A stretch of DNA of 64,000 bases from Nannocystis bainbridge (GTDB lineage Bacteria > Myxococcota_A > Polyangia > Nannocystales > Nannocystaceae), in NCBI RefSeq assembly GCF_028368995.1, contig NZ_JAQNDL010000002.1, positions 1,664,001-1,728,000 on the forward strand. The letters are read 5' to 3'. The notes beneath the pieces were generated by a model. The model had not been told where the DNA came from and searched no databases. It worked only from the letters and a program-made list of their open reading frames with translations. This document shows, one piece after another, positions 1 to 10,318 of this stretch; the first letter of the stretch is position 1; each line of letters opens with the position of its first letter. Both the position numbers and the translations under genes were made by a program.

Positions 1-726
1 CTGCGCCCGGCCGAAGAGATCGACACCTCGCGCGGTCGCACCGAGCCCGGCACCGAGAGCGCCGCCGAGACCCTCTCCGGCGCCCCGCGGCCCAGCGACG
101 ACCTCGACATCCCGCTCGACGACCTCGAGAGCAACGACCGACCCGGCACCTCCGGGCCCGGCGAGGCGACCTTCGACGCCGCCAAGACCCAGACCTGGAT
201 CCCGCCGAGCTTCACCGCCGCCAACGAGATCATCCCGCTGTCGCCGGAGGCGTTCCACCGCCTGCTGCCGCGCTTCGCCACCGTCAAGTCGCGCGACGAG
301 GTCACCGACCTGCTGCTCGATTTCCTCGCCGAGGGCTTCTCGCGGGTCATCATGTTCGTCCACGTCAAGGGCGAGATCCGCGGCCGCGACGCCCGCGGCG
401 AAGACCTGCTGGTCGAGGCCGTGCGCCAGATCCGGATCCCCGCCGGCGGCCCCTCGGTGTTCTCCGGCGTCATCGAGCGCCGCCTCCCCTACTTCGGCGC
501 GATGCGGACCGACACCCCGATCGACGCCGCCTTCTTCTCGGCCCTCGGCGGCGTCGAGGGCGTCATCCTGGTCCTGCCCGTCCTCCTGCGCGAGAAGGTC
601 CCGCTGATCGTGTTCGCCTCGGGCTCGAGCAACCCCGTCGACCCGCGCAGCCTGCACGAGCTGACCCACGAGGTCGCCGCCGCGCTCGAGCGCATCATCG
701 TGATCGAGAAGGCCCGCGGGAAGTAG
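1..726 (+). CDS. 3' part of a myxobacterial protein: acidic low-complexity linker plus C-terminal GAF-like domain (5' truncated by window)
   Basis: Frame 1 is open from base 1 to TAG at 724-726 with GC3-rich codons. The C-terminal segment (VFSGVIERRLPYFG...LVLPVLLREKVPLIVFA...AAALERII) resembles a GAF-type fold. Confidence 0.6.
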   Translation: MRPAEEIDTSRGRTEPGTESAAETLSGAPRPSDDLDIPLDDLESNDRPGTSGPGEATFDAAKTQTWIPPSFTAANEIIPLSPEAFHRLLPRFATVKSRDEVTDLLLDFLAEGFSRVIMFVHVKGEIRGRDARGEDLLVEAVRQIRIPAGGPSVFSGVIERRLPYFGAMRTDTPIDAAFFSALGGVEGVILVLPVLLREKVPLIVFASGSSNPVDPRSLHELTHEVAAALERIIVIEKARGK

Positions 727-742
727 CCGCGCCGGCCCCGGC

Positions 743-836
743 GCGCATGTCGAAGCGGGCATGTCCAAACGGACATGCCCGTTTCTCTATGTCCGTTCGC
801 GCATGTCCTCACGGACATGCGCGAAGCGACATGTCC
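743..836. repeat. 14-bp-period array of TGTCC-N4-GGACA units (7 cores)
   Basis: CATG/TATG cores at 746, 760, 774, 788, 802, 816, 830, each exactly 14 bp apart, starting 20 bp after a stop codon. Confidence 0.9.
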
Positions 837-870
837 GAAGGCGCAGACTAGTGTGCACGTGAACTCTGTC

Positions 871-1165
871 GCTGCCGAAGCAGCACCAAGCAGCGCCGCA
901 CATCGGTAACGCAGCGTCGGCTCGCACCAGAAGCGCTTCGATGCCGAAGCAGCGCCAAGCGTCACCGCAGTCGCAGCGTCGGCTCGCACCAGAAGCGTTT
1001 CGACGCCGAAGCAGCGCCGCACACAGGCGCGCAGCGTCGGCCCGCACCAGAAGCGCTTCGATGCCGAAGCAGCGCCGAGCAGCGCCGCACACAGACGCGC
1101 AGCATCGGCTCGCACCGGGGTGCGTCGATGCCGAAGCAGCGCCAAGCGTCACCGCAGTCGGAGCG
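871..1165. repeat. Imperfect tandem repeat, about 60-bp period, 4-5 copies
   Basis: Core CGCAGCGTCGGCTCGCACCAGAAGCGCTTCGATGCCGAAGCAGCGCC recurs near 910, 972, 1030 and 1098 with short related linkers. Confidence 0.85.
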
Positions 1166-1189
1166 ACGCCTCCCGAGCGCCCCACCCGC

Positions 1190-2113
1190 TCAAGCGAGCG
1201 GCTTGCCGACGCGCGCGCAGTGCCCGAGGTGGGCCTTGAGGTACTTGCTGGGCAGCTCGCGGGCGAGATGCCCGCCGAGCCGCGCGCTGATGGCCACCAG
1301 CCGGTCGAGATCGATCCCGGTGCGGCAGCCCATCCCGTGCAGCATGTACACCACGTCCTCGGTCGACACGTTGCCCGACGCCCCGGGCGCGTACGGGCAG
1401 CCGCCGAGGCCGCCGATCGCCGAGTCGACCGTGCGGATCCCGAGCTGCAGCGCCACCGTGATGTTGGCCAGCGCCGTCCCGCGCGTGTCGTGGAAATGGA
1501 CCGCGAGCTGATCGAGGCGGACCCCCGCGTGCAACAGGCCGTCGAGGATGTACTCGACCTGGCGCGGCGTGCCGACGCCGATCGTGTCGCCGAGGCTCAG
1601 CTCGTAGCAGCCCATCTCGAGCAGGCTCGAGCCGACGCGCAGCACCTGCTCGAACGGCACCTCGCCCTCGTAGGGGCAGCCGTACACCGTGCTGACGTAG
1701 CCGCGGACCGTCATCCCGCGGGCGCGCGCCTCGGTCACCACCTCGCGGTAGGTCGCCAGCGCCTCTTCCGTGGTCTTGTTGATGTTCTTGCGGTTGTGCG
1801 TCTGCGACGCCGCCATGAACACCGCGATCTCCTGCATGCCCGCGCGCGAGGCCGCGTCGAGGCCGCGCAGGTTCGGCACCAGCGCGCTGTAAGTGACGCC
1901 CGGCTTGCGACGGATGCGGGTCGCCACTTCCATGTGATCGGCGAGCGCGGGGATCCAGCGCGGGTTGACGAAGCTCGTCACCTCGATGCGCTTGACCCCG
2001 GCGTCGACGAGGCCCTCGATCATCTCGATCTTGCGATCGGCCGACAGGATCGTCGCCTCGTTCTGCAGCCCGTCGCGCGGCCCGACCTCGTAGATCGAGA
2101 CCTCGGGCGGCAT
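1190..2113 (-). CDS. Hydroxymethylglutaryl-CoA lyase
   Basis: Motifs EVGPRDGLQNE, LGDTIG, HFHDTRG and GLGGCPYAPGASGNV. Start set at MPPEV (ATG 2113), not the longer ORF. Confidence 0.95.
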   Translation of the reverse strand: MPPEVSIYEVGPRDGLQNEATILSADRKIEMIEGLVDAGVKRIEVTSFVNPRWIPALADHMEVATRIRRKPGVTYSALVPNLRGLDAASRAGMQEIAVFMAASQTHNRKNINKTTEEALATYREVVTEARARGMTVRGYVSTVYGCPYEGEVPFEQVLRVGSSLLEMGCYELSLGDTIGVGTPRQVEYILDGLLHAGVRLDQLAVHFHDTRGTALANITVALQLGIRTVDSAIGGLGGCPYAPGASGNVSTEDVVYMLHGMGCRTGIDLDRLVAISARLGGHLARELPSKYLKAHLGHCARVGKPLA

Positions 2114-2171
2114 CGATCCGAACAGGCGCGTCGGCTCGACGGTGTCGGTTCCGGAGGGACGTGCGGACGAA

Positions 2172-2780
2172 TCAGTCACTGGCCTTGCTCCCGGGCGCCT
2201 GGGGGCGCAAAAGCTCGAAGCGATCCGTCGTGCGAGTGTACGCGATCCCGCCGAGGCGGCCGATCGACTGCAATTGCCCCGGGTCGATCGGCAGCAGGCG
2301 GCCTCGCGCATCGCGCCGCAGCAGCTCGCTGGCGACGGAGAAATGCACCACCTCGGCCACGACCAGCGTGGCTGACGGTTTTCCGGGGGCGCCGTCCCCC
2401 AGCGGAAGCGCGTGCACGAGCTTGCACTCGAGACAGGCCAGCGCTCCCACGACGCGAGGAGGCGCAACGACCGCAGCCGCCTCGGCCGCGATCGCGCACG
2501 CCTCCCACTCCGAAATCTCGGGCGAAAACGGCGCCGACGTGGCGTTCATCGCCGTGGCGAGGCCATCGGACACGTGGTTGATGACCATCTCGCGGGTCGC
2601 CAGCACGTTCGCCAGCGTGTCCTTCATGCGCCCGTCGGGCCACCACGACACGCTGAACACCACCATCGGCGGGTGCGAGCAGACGGCCTGGTAGTAGCTG
2701 AACGGCGCCAGGTTGCGGCGGCCGTCCTCGCTGACGCTCGACACCCACGCGATCGGACGCGGCGCGACCAGGTCGGTCAT
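2172..2780 (-). CDS. Flavin reductase family protein
   Basis: PRPIAWVSS...NLAPFSYY...KDTLANV...CLECKL...IGRLGG motifs. True start may lie upstream. Confidence 0.85.
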   Translation of the reverse strand: MTDLVAPRPIAWVSSVSEDGRRNLAPFSYYQAVCSHPPMVVFSVSWWPDGRMKDTLANVLATREMVINHVSDGLATAMNATSAPFSPEISEWEACAIAAEAAAVVAPPRVVGALACLECKLVHALPLGDGAPGKPSATLVVAEVVHFSVASELLRRDARGRLLPIDPGQLQSIGRLGGIAYTRTTDRFELLRPQAPGSKASD

Positions 2781-2917
2781 CAGCCGGTACGTCTCGGCGG
2801 CGCCGAGGCTCGGCGCGGGGATCTCGGTGTGTCCGGGGATGCTCTTGTGATTAGCAGAAAAGGCCGGCGACCTTCCGCGCCAGCCCCGTCTGGACCCTCA
2901 CATCCGCACCTGCGGCC

Positions 2918-4465
2918 TCACCTGGCCGAAGGGACAGACTCGACCGCGCCGCGCACGAAGCCTCGCGCTTCGTCCTCGACCGTGCGGAACACCACCAGCA
3001 TCCCCCGGTTCGACATCGTGTAGAAGCGGCCCAGCTCGGCGTCGTAGACCGGCGGGCCGGAGATCCCACTGCCGGTGTTGAGGTTGGCGAGGTACTCGCC
3101 GGTCTCGACGTCGTAGGCGAGCAGGCCGTCGTCGGAGTGCGCGATGAAGGCGATGTCCCCGACCACCAGCGGCGTCTGCACGAACCCGGGGTTCAGCTGC
3201 TGCCGCCAGCGCACGCGGCCGCCGTGCTCGAGCGCGAAGACCCCCTCGAGCGCCGACGCCACGATCATCAGACCACGCGGACCGGCCACCACCGTGCCCG
3301 CCCCGCGCAGCGGCCGGTACCAGCGCTGCAGCCCGTCGGCCAGCGCCAGCCCGTACACCCCGGTGCTCTGCCCGGTGACCACGAGCTCGCCGCGGTCGGT
3401 CAGGATCAGCGGCGTGCCGTCGGCGTCGACGAAGTCCCCGCCCGCCGGCGGCGCCGCGTTCGCCAGCCACATCGGCTCACCCGACTGGGCCCCGATCGCC
3501 GCGACCTTGCCGTTGCTGAAGCCGGTGAAGATCGTCCCGGTCGGCGGGCTCGATGGCGCACCGTTGGCCGCTTCGCCCCCGAGCACCGCGCCAGCGGGCG
3601 GCGAACCACTCGCCGGTGCGCTCGCCGAACCACTCGCCGCTGCGTTCGCCGGAGCGCTCGTCGAACCACTCGCCGACGCCTTCGCCCCGCCAGTCTGGAC
3701 CGGCACCGCGGTCTCGCCGTCGCCTGCGGGCGAATCGCCGGTCGTCTCGCTGGGCTCTTCCTCAGCCTCAGCCTCGGCCGGCTCGCCGAGCACAGCCTCG
3801 GCCCCGATCCCGGCGGCGGCGGCCGCCTGATCCGGCGTCTGCGTCACCACGCCTTCGCCCGCCAGGTACGACAGGCCCGCGTGCCCGTGGACCGTGAATT
3901 CGGTCGGGTACGGCTGCTCGTACTGCCAGCGCCACGCGCCAGTCTTCAGCTCGAGCGCGAACACCTGGTCGCGCGAGTTGACGACGAACACCGTGCCCTC
4001 ACGGACCAGCGGCTCGTTGCGGATCGTGCCCAGCGTCGAGTAGCTCCACCGCGTCTTGCGGGTCTCGAGCTCGATCGCCAGCAGGTCGCCGTTGTCGGTC
4101 CCGAGCAGCATCAACTCGCCGTCGAGCGCCAGCTTCGGCACACTCGAGATCGCCCCCGGGAACTGCTGCTCCCACACGACGTCGCCGGTCTCCATCGACA
4201 GCGCCAGCAGCGAGCCGGCGCGCGTGCCGACGTAGATCAGCCGGCGGCCCGGATCCGGCGCCACGCCGGCGAACTCGTCGGGGTTGAGCACGCCGTAGTC
4301 GTGCAGCGCGATCTGCTGCACCCGGGCCAGCTCGAGGTTCGCGCGCGCCCCGGGCGTCAGCTCCGGGTGCGGCAGGACCGTGCGGGTCTCGCCGGCACAT
4401 GCCCCGAGGGACAGGGCCAAAGCGACATGTCCCAAGAGACAGTGGAGCCGGGCGGCGGGCGTCAC
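2918..4465 (-). CDS. BamB-like PQQ-repeat beta-propeller lipoprotein
   Basis: Lipobox LGAC, repeated G.L.ALD..TG...W motifs, directly downstream of a YfgM-like gene (GTG start overlaps its stop). Confidence 0.75.
   Translation of the reverse strand: MTPAARLHCLLGHVALALSLGACAGETRTVLPHPELTPGARANLELARVQQIALHDYGVLNPDEFAGVAPDPGRRLIYVGTRAGSLLALSMETGDVVWEQQFPGAISSVPKLALDGELMLLGTDNGDLLAIELETRKTRWSYSTLGTIRNEPLVREGTVFVVNSRDQVFALELKTGAWRWQYEQPYPTEFTVHGHAGLSYLAGEGVVTQTPDQAAAAAGIGAEAVLGEPAEAEAEEEPSETTGDSPAGDGETAVPVQTGGAKASASGSTSAPANAAASGSASAPASGSPPAGAVLGGEAANGAPSSPPTGTIFTGFSNGKVAAIGAQSGEPMWLANAAPPAGGDFVDADGTPLILTDRGELVVTGQSTGVYGLALADGLQRWYRPLRGAGTVVAGPRGLMIVASALEGVFALEHGGRVRWRQQLNPGFVQTPLVVGDIAFIAHSDDGLLAYDVETGEYLANLNTGSGISGPPVYDAELGRFYTMSNRGMLVVFRTVEDEARGFVRGAVESVPSAR
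4395..4446. repeat. 14-bp-period array inside signal-peptide coding region
   Basis: Cores at 4398, 4412, 4426, 4440. Confidence 0.75.
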
Positions 4466-5355
4466 GGGGTCGGCGCTCCCGGTGCGTCCATCACCTGGAT
4501 CGGCGATTCGGGCGTCGGTTGACCGGCCAGCGCCTGCGGGTCGAGCTCCTCCAGCCGCTTGCGCACGTCGTTCTGGGCGATCGACGGCTGCTGCAGCGGG
4601 TACTCGGCGATGTACTGGCGATAGACCTCGAGCGCGGCGTCGGTCTTGCCCTGGCGCTCGAGGATGCGGCCCTTCTGCCACAGCGCCATGTCGCGGTAGA
4701 ACGCGCCCTTCTGGCCGGCCAGCGTCTCGAGCTCGGCCAGCGCGCCGTCGAGGTCGTTCTGGGCCTCGCGCGCGAACGCCAGCCCCTCGCGGGCCGAGAA
4801 CAGCAGCGGATGACCGGCGCCGGCCTGGCCGAGGAACTCGCGGTACAGCGCCTCTGCGCCCGCCGGATCGCCGGCTCGCAGCAGCCCGGTCGCGCGCACC
4901 AGCTTGCCGTTGAGCGCCGCGTCGCTGCCGGCCGCCGTCGCGTCGAGCTCGTCGAGCGCCTTGGTGACCGCCGCCGAGCGCTCCGCCTCGTCCTTGACGA
5001 TCGGCGCCACCGGCTTGCCCTTGTTGGCCCCCAGCAGCAGCGCCGGATCGCCGACCTCGGCCTCCGACTCGTAGCGGGCCGCCGTCGCCAGCGACCGCGT
5101 CGCCGTCGCCGACGCCGTCTGCCGGCTGTTGTAGACCACGACGACGACGACGAGCACGGCCAGCGCCGCGACCACGACGCCGATCACCAGCCCGCTGCGC
5201 GCCTTGGCCGTGCGCCCTGCTTCCTTCACCCCGGTGACGAAAGCGTCCTCCTGCGGGCCGCCGTCGCCACCGCGACGCTTGCTGCGGCTGTGGTCCCACG
5301 TCGGCAGCTCCATGCGCACGCCACCGGTCGCTGGCGCCTTGTCTTCGTCGCTCAC
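4462..5355 (-). CDS. YfgM-like membrane-anchored TPR protein
   Basis: Single N-terminal TM segment, TPR-like helices, and yfgM-bamB gene order. Confidence 0.7.
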   Translation of the reverse strand: MSDEDKAPATGGVRMELPTWDHSRSKRRGGDGGPQEDAFVTGVKEAGRTAKARSGLVIGVVVAALAVLVVVVVVYNSRQTASATATRSLATAARYESEAEVGDPALLLGANKGKPVAPIVKDEAERSAAVTKALDELDATAAGSDAALNGKLVRATGLLRAGDPAGAEALYREFLGQAGAGHPLLFSAREGLAFAREAQNDLDGALAELETLAGQKGAFYRDMALWQKGRILERQGKTDAALEVYRQYIAEYPLQQPSIAQNDVRKRLEELDPQALAGQPTPESPIQVMDAPGAPTP

Positions 5356-5648
5356 TGGGGCTGTCTACCGGGCCGTGGCGCCTTTGTCCACCATCGCCGC
5401 CCAGGCCCGCCCCTGACCGCTGTCGGGACTTCCCGCCCGCCCTCGCCGCACCTCGCGCAGGCCCCGGAGAAGCTCTGGAGAGCCGCCTTGGCGCCCTCTG
5501 CGCCAATGGCGCAACTCCTCGGGTAGCTGTTCCGGTGTGACTTCCATGAAGCAAGCGGCGATCGCCTCACGCGGCGCAGCCGGCCGGCCGACCGCAGCCG
5601 ATCGACCTGCCCGCCCTTCGGGGCCGGCCCCCGCGCCGCCGCGACGGA

Positions 5649-5686
5649 GATCCTGTCCCACAAGACATGTCCCCGAGGACATCACC
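5649..5686. repeat. 14-bp-period array (3 cores)
   Basis: Cores at 5652, 5666, 5680. Confidence 0.8.
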
Positions 5687-5756
5687 GAGGTCGCTCCACC
5701 AGCGCAGGCGAACCCCGCGAAGGCCTCGCCTGCGCTGCGCACGGCCGCCCGCCCCG

Positions 5757-6542
5757 TCAGCTCGACGCCGACGTGTACCCCCGCACCGACCGCACCCACG
5801 CCAGGCGCGCCACCACCAGCAGCGTCGCGCTCACCGCGGCCAGCTGCGCCACGGTCCCCCACGACAGCCGGCCGAGCAGCGCCTCGGCCGGGTAGCTCGT
5901 CATCACCAGCAGCGGCACCACGAACGTGAAGAGCACCCGCAGCAGCGGCGGGAACACCTGCGCCGGCCAGCGCCCGAAGTCCATCAGCGCCTCCATCACG
6001 TGCGTCAGCGCCTGCAGCTGCAGCGCCTGGAACGACGCGCAAAGCACCAGCACCCCGAACGCGTAGAGCGCCACCACCCCCGCCACGCCGGTCGCCAGCC
6101 CGGCCGCCAGCCCCGCCGCCGTCACCTCCACCTCGCCCAGCCACAGCCCCGCGATTACCAGCGCCAGCCCGCCGACCACCTCGACCAGGTGCCACGGCTG
6201 GAACGCGCACGTCAGGCACAGCACCAGCCCGTCGGCCGGTCGCAGCAACACGTAGTCCAGCGTCCCCTTGAGGATGTGCGTCATGCTCGCGCGCAGCGCC
6301 GGCTGCAGCAGCGCCGTGAACGTCCCCGACAGGACGGTGAAGCAGCCCGTCAGCACCACCAGCTCCCAGCGGCCCCAGCCCTCGACCGCCCCGAGGTGCT
6401 CGACCGCGACGAACAGCGGCGCGATCCCGATCACGCTCCAAAGCAGCCCCAGGAGCCCCTCCGTCCAGAACCCGAGCCGGTACTGCAGCGCCGTCAGCGT
6501 GCTCATCTCGAGCTGCGCCCTCACCAGCCGCAGATAGAACAT
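5757..6542 (-). CDS. ABC-2 family transporter permease
   Basis: Multiple TM segments, GTLDYVLLRP and FGRWP...FTFVVP...YPAEAL motifs. Confidence 0.85.
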   Translation of the reverse strand: MFYLRLVRAQLEMSTLTALQYRLGFWTEGLLGLLWSVIGIAPLFVAVEHLGAVEGWGRWELVVLTGCFTVLSGTFTALLQPALRASMTHILKGTLDYVLLRPADGLVLCLTCAFQPWHLVEVVGGLALVIAGLWLGEVEVTAAGLAAGLATGVAGVVALYAFGVLVLCASFQALQLQALTHVMEALMDFGRWPAQVFPPLLRVLFTFVVPLLVMTSYPAEALLGRLSWGTVAQLAAVSATLLVVARLAWVRSVRGYTSASS

Positions 6543-6733
6543 GGCCCGAGAGCCATGTCCTTTCGGACCTGCCCGGTCCGCCCCGCTCACGCGCCCCTCC
6601 TCGGAGCGGGATCGCATGGCCCCGAAGACATGCCCGAAAAGACATGTCCCAACAAACTCGTCCTCCTGTCCAAACGGACAGCCCGGGACGCGACCCAAAC
6701 GCGCTCAGTTAACCTGTCCGCCAGGACATGTCC
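6537..6733. repeat. Cluster of 14-bp-period arrays between the two permease genes
   Basis: Cores at 6540/6554/6568, 6615/6629/6643, 6665/6679, 6713/6727. Confidence 0.85.
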
Positions 6734-6741
6734 CGCAGCGC

Positions 6742-7548
6742 TCACGCCCCGACCCCCTCGTACGCCCGCACTCCGCGCCGCCACAGCACGGTCGCCAGCG
6801 CGCCGAACACGGCCACCCACAGCGCCTGCAACAGGAGCCCGTGCGTCACCGCGGCCCCCGTCGCGCGACCGATCGCCAGCTCCACCGGGAACCCCAGCGA
6901 CGCGTGGAACGGCAGCGCGCGGATCACCTCCGCCAGCCCCGCGGGGTACAGGCTGGTCGGCACCGCCGCCCCCGACAGCACCAGGTAGAGCCCCAGCCAC
7001 ACCTCGAACAGCGCCGTCGACTCCGTGACCCAGAACGCCACGCAGCCGATCGTCACGTGGACCCCCAGGTTGAGCAGCCACGCCAGCGTCAGCGACAGCC
7101 CCAGCGCCAGCAGCGAGCCGGGGCTGGGCCACCCGAGCCCGCCCGTCAGCGTCAGCACCAGCACCCCGATCGGCAGCGCCAGCGCGCAGCGGATCGGCAG
7201 CGCCGCCAGGTTCTGGATCGCGTGGTAGAGCATCGGCGACATCGGCCGCATCAGCAGCGTGTTGAGGTCGCCGCTGCGGATCTGCGCCGACAGCTCCCAC
7301 ACCACCCAGCTGGCCGTGAACTGGCGGACCAGGAACGCCGCCACGAAGTACGCCACGAAGTCCGGGCGCGCGTAATCGCCGATCGGTCCCGACGCCGCCA
7401 GCCCCGACCACAGCGACAGCGACACCAGCGGGAACGTCGTCGTCAGCACCCACATCAGCATCGACACCCGGTACGCGATCGCCTCCGCCAGGCTGATCCG
7501 CCACACCGCCGCCATCACCCGCGTCAGGTGACCTGCCCGCTGGAACAT
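6742..7548 (-). CDS. ABC-2 family transporter permease
   Basis: IRSGDLNTLLMRP and LSG...P..LYP motifs, multi-TM. Alternative start at 7515. Confidence 0.85.
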   Translation of the reverse strand: MFQRAGHLTRVMAAVWRISLAEAIAYRVSMLMWVLTTTFPLVSLSLWSGLAASGPIGDYARPDFVAYFVAAFLVRQFTASWVVWELSAQIRSGDLNTLLMRPMSPMLYHAIQNLAALPIRCALALPIGVLVLTLTGGLGWPSPGSLLALGLSLTLAWLLNLGVHVTIGCVAFWVTESTALFEVWLGLYLVLSGAAVPTSLYPAGLAEVIRALPFHASLGFPVELAIGRATGAAVTHGLLLQALWVAVFGALATVLWRRGVRAYEGVGA

Positions 7549-7594
7549 GCCCCTTCGCGCATGTCCTTCTGTACCTGTCCTTTCACCCATGTCC
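7529..7594. repeat. 14-bp-period array (5 cores)
   Basis: Cores at 7532, 7546, 7560, 7574, 7588. Confidence 0.85.
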
Positions 7595-7600
7595 GATCGG

Positions 7601-8589
<989 letters not shown>

Positions 8590-8593
<4 letters not shown>

Positions 8594-9081
8594 GCCTTGC
8601 CTCGCCGCGCCACCTGCTGCAGCGGCACGAAGGTGCCGACCTTCGTGCACGCGTTCAGGCCGAAGCTGCGGCAGACGTCCGGCCGCGCCACGTGGACCGT
8701 GCAGCCGGCCGCGAAGAAGCGGCACGGCCGCTCGCCGTTCGTGAGGTAGCCCGCCAGATCGTCCTGCTCCTCCTCGCTACCTTGCTTCGGATACAGGCCC
8801 AGCCCGCGGATCGTCGTGCCCACGTGGCGCGCCAGGCGGCGCGCGTCGGTGCGGGTGATCGGCACCCTCAGGCTGGTGCAACACGTCCCCGCGCAGCTGT
8901 GACACAGCGCCAGCGCGCGTGTCACGGCCCCGGTTTCCGGATCCACCGAGCTCTGCTCGTTCAGCGCCGTGACCGGGATCTTCGCCGCGCGCATCCGATT
9001 CGCCAGGCGCTGCAGCGCGACCAGAGGCACGTGGCCGACGTTCAGGTTCATCAGGGGCCCGAGGGGGTCGCGCGGCGGCAT
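8590..9081 (-). CDS. YkgJ-family cysteine cluster protein
   Basis: CHSCAGTCC and CRFF...CTVH..RPDVCRSF motifs. Confidence 0.8.
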
Positions 9082-9244
9082 CGTGGGGGCTGTAGCGCAC
9101 CTTGGAGCGTGACGCGAGCCTCGCCGCCCGGCGGGCTCGCGGACCCGCGCGGACTTGCTCCGGTGGTCGTCCCTGGCTAATCTCCTCCTCCGATCGCAAT
9201 CTCAGGCACCGTGGGACAGCTCCCACGGTCGAGGAGGCCGCCCC

Positions 9245-9973
9245 GTGACGTTCAACCAGCAACAGCAGCCGTATTACGCCGACCCCGCCACCCCCCAGGC
9301 CGCCCTCGCGGGCCGCGCCAAGTTCATCGAGCGCACGTACATCCACCTCGCCGGCGCGATCGCCCTGTTCGTCGCCCTCGAGTTCGTGCTCCTCCGGACA
9401 CCGGCCACCCTGAAGCTGGCGATGCAGATGACCGGCAGCCCGACCAGCTGGCTCGTGGTCCTCGGCCTCTTCATGTTGGTGGGCACCATCGCCACCCACA
9501 TGGCCCAGTCCGCCCGCTCCAAGCCGATGCAGTACCTCGGCCTCGGACTCTACGTGGTCCTCGAGGCGATCATCTTCCTGCCCCTGCTGCTCGTCGCGCA
9601 CATCCTGAGCGGGCCCGAGAACAACATCATCCTCACCGCCGGCGTGACCACTCTGGCCACGTTCGCCGCGCTGACCGGCATCGTCCTGGCGACCAAGCGC
9701 GACTTCTCGTGGATGCGCTCGGCCCTGATGATCGTCAGCTTCGGCGTCCTCGGCCTGATCGTCGCAAGCCTCCTGTTCGGGTTCTCCCTCGGGCTCGGCT
9801 TCACGATCGGCATGATCATCCTGGCCGCCTGCTACATCCTCTACGACACCTCCAACGTGGTGCATCACTACGAGGAAGATCAGTACGTCTCCGCCTCGCT
9901 GGCCCTGTTCGCCTCCGTCGCGCTGATGTTCTGGTACGTCCTCCGCCTGCTCATCTCGCTCAACCGCGAGTGA
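9245..9973 (+). CDS. Bax inhibitor-1/YccA family membrane protein
   Basis: About 7 TM segments, KRDFSW and YILYDTS motifs, GAGGAGG SD upstream of GTG 9245. Confidence 0.88.
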   Translation: MTFNQQQQPYYADPATPQAALAGRAKFIERTYIHLAGAIALFVALEFVLLRTPATLKLAMQMTGSPTSWLVVLGLFMLVGTIATHMAQSARSKPMQYLGLGLYVVLEAIIFLPLLLVAHILSGPENNIILTAGVTTLATFAALTGIVLATKRDFSWMRSALMIVSFGVLGLIVASLLFGFSLGLGFTIGMIILAACYILYDTSNVVHHYEEDQYVSASLALFASVALMFWYVLRLLISLNRE

Positions 9974-9995
9974 GCCCCGCCCACCGCGGCGCCTG

Positions 9996-10033
9996 AACGG
10001 GCGCGGGTCTCCCCCGCGCCCGTTTCGCTTTCT
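9996..10033 (+). terminator. Intrinsic terminator-like hairpin
   Basis: Stem AACGGGCGCGGG / CCCGCGCCCGTT with 5-nt loop and a T-rich tail, after the BI-1 gene. Confidence 0.65.
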
Positions 10034-10318
10034 CCGCCGCGGCGCACGCACGCCCGGCGACCGGCTTCGCTGGCCTCCTCGGATCTGGCTCGCCCGCCCC
10101 GCGCCGATCGCCGCGGCGCCGCACCTCCCGTTCCAGAGCACCGCCGCGCGCTCGAGTCCCTGCGCTCCGCTCGCCGCGGCGACTCTGCTCTACGCGTCGG
10201 TCCGGCGCGCCTCGCACGAACTTCGCGGGCCGCAGCTCGTGTCGCTGCGCTTGCTCGCTGCGGCGACTCACTTCTTCGCCCTTAAGTCACCACCGTCGAG
10301 CCGCTACAATCCGGAGTC

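Noticed and set aside
743-836. GGACATGTCC matches the eukaryotic p53 half-site RRRCWWGYYY
   Set aside because: Bacterial context, no p53-like gene, and array ends indicate the unit is TGTCC-N4-GGACA. Treated as coincidence.
871-1165. Possible CRISPR array
   Set aside because: Spacers are only about 11-21 bp and related to each other, repeats are degenerate, and there are no cas genes in the window.
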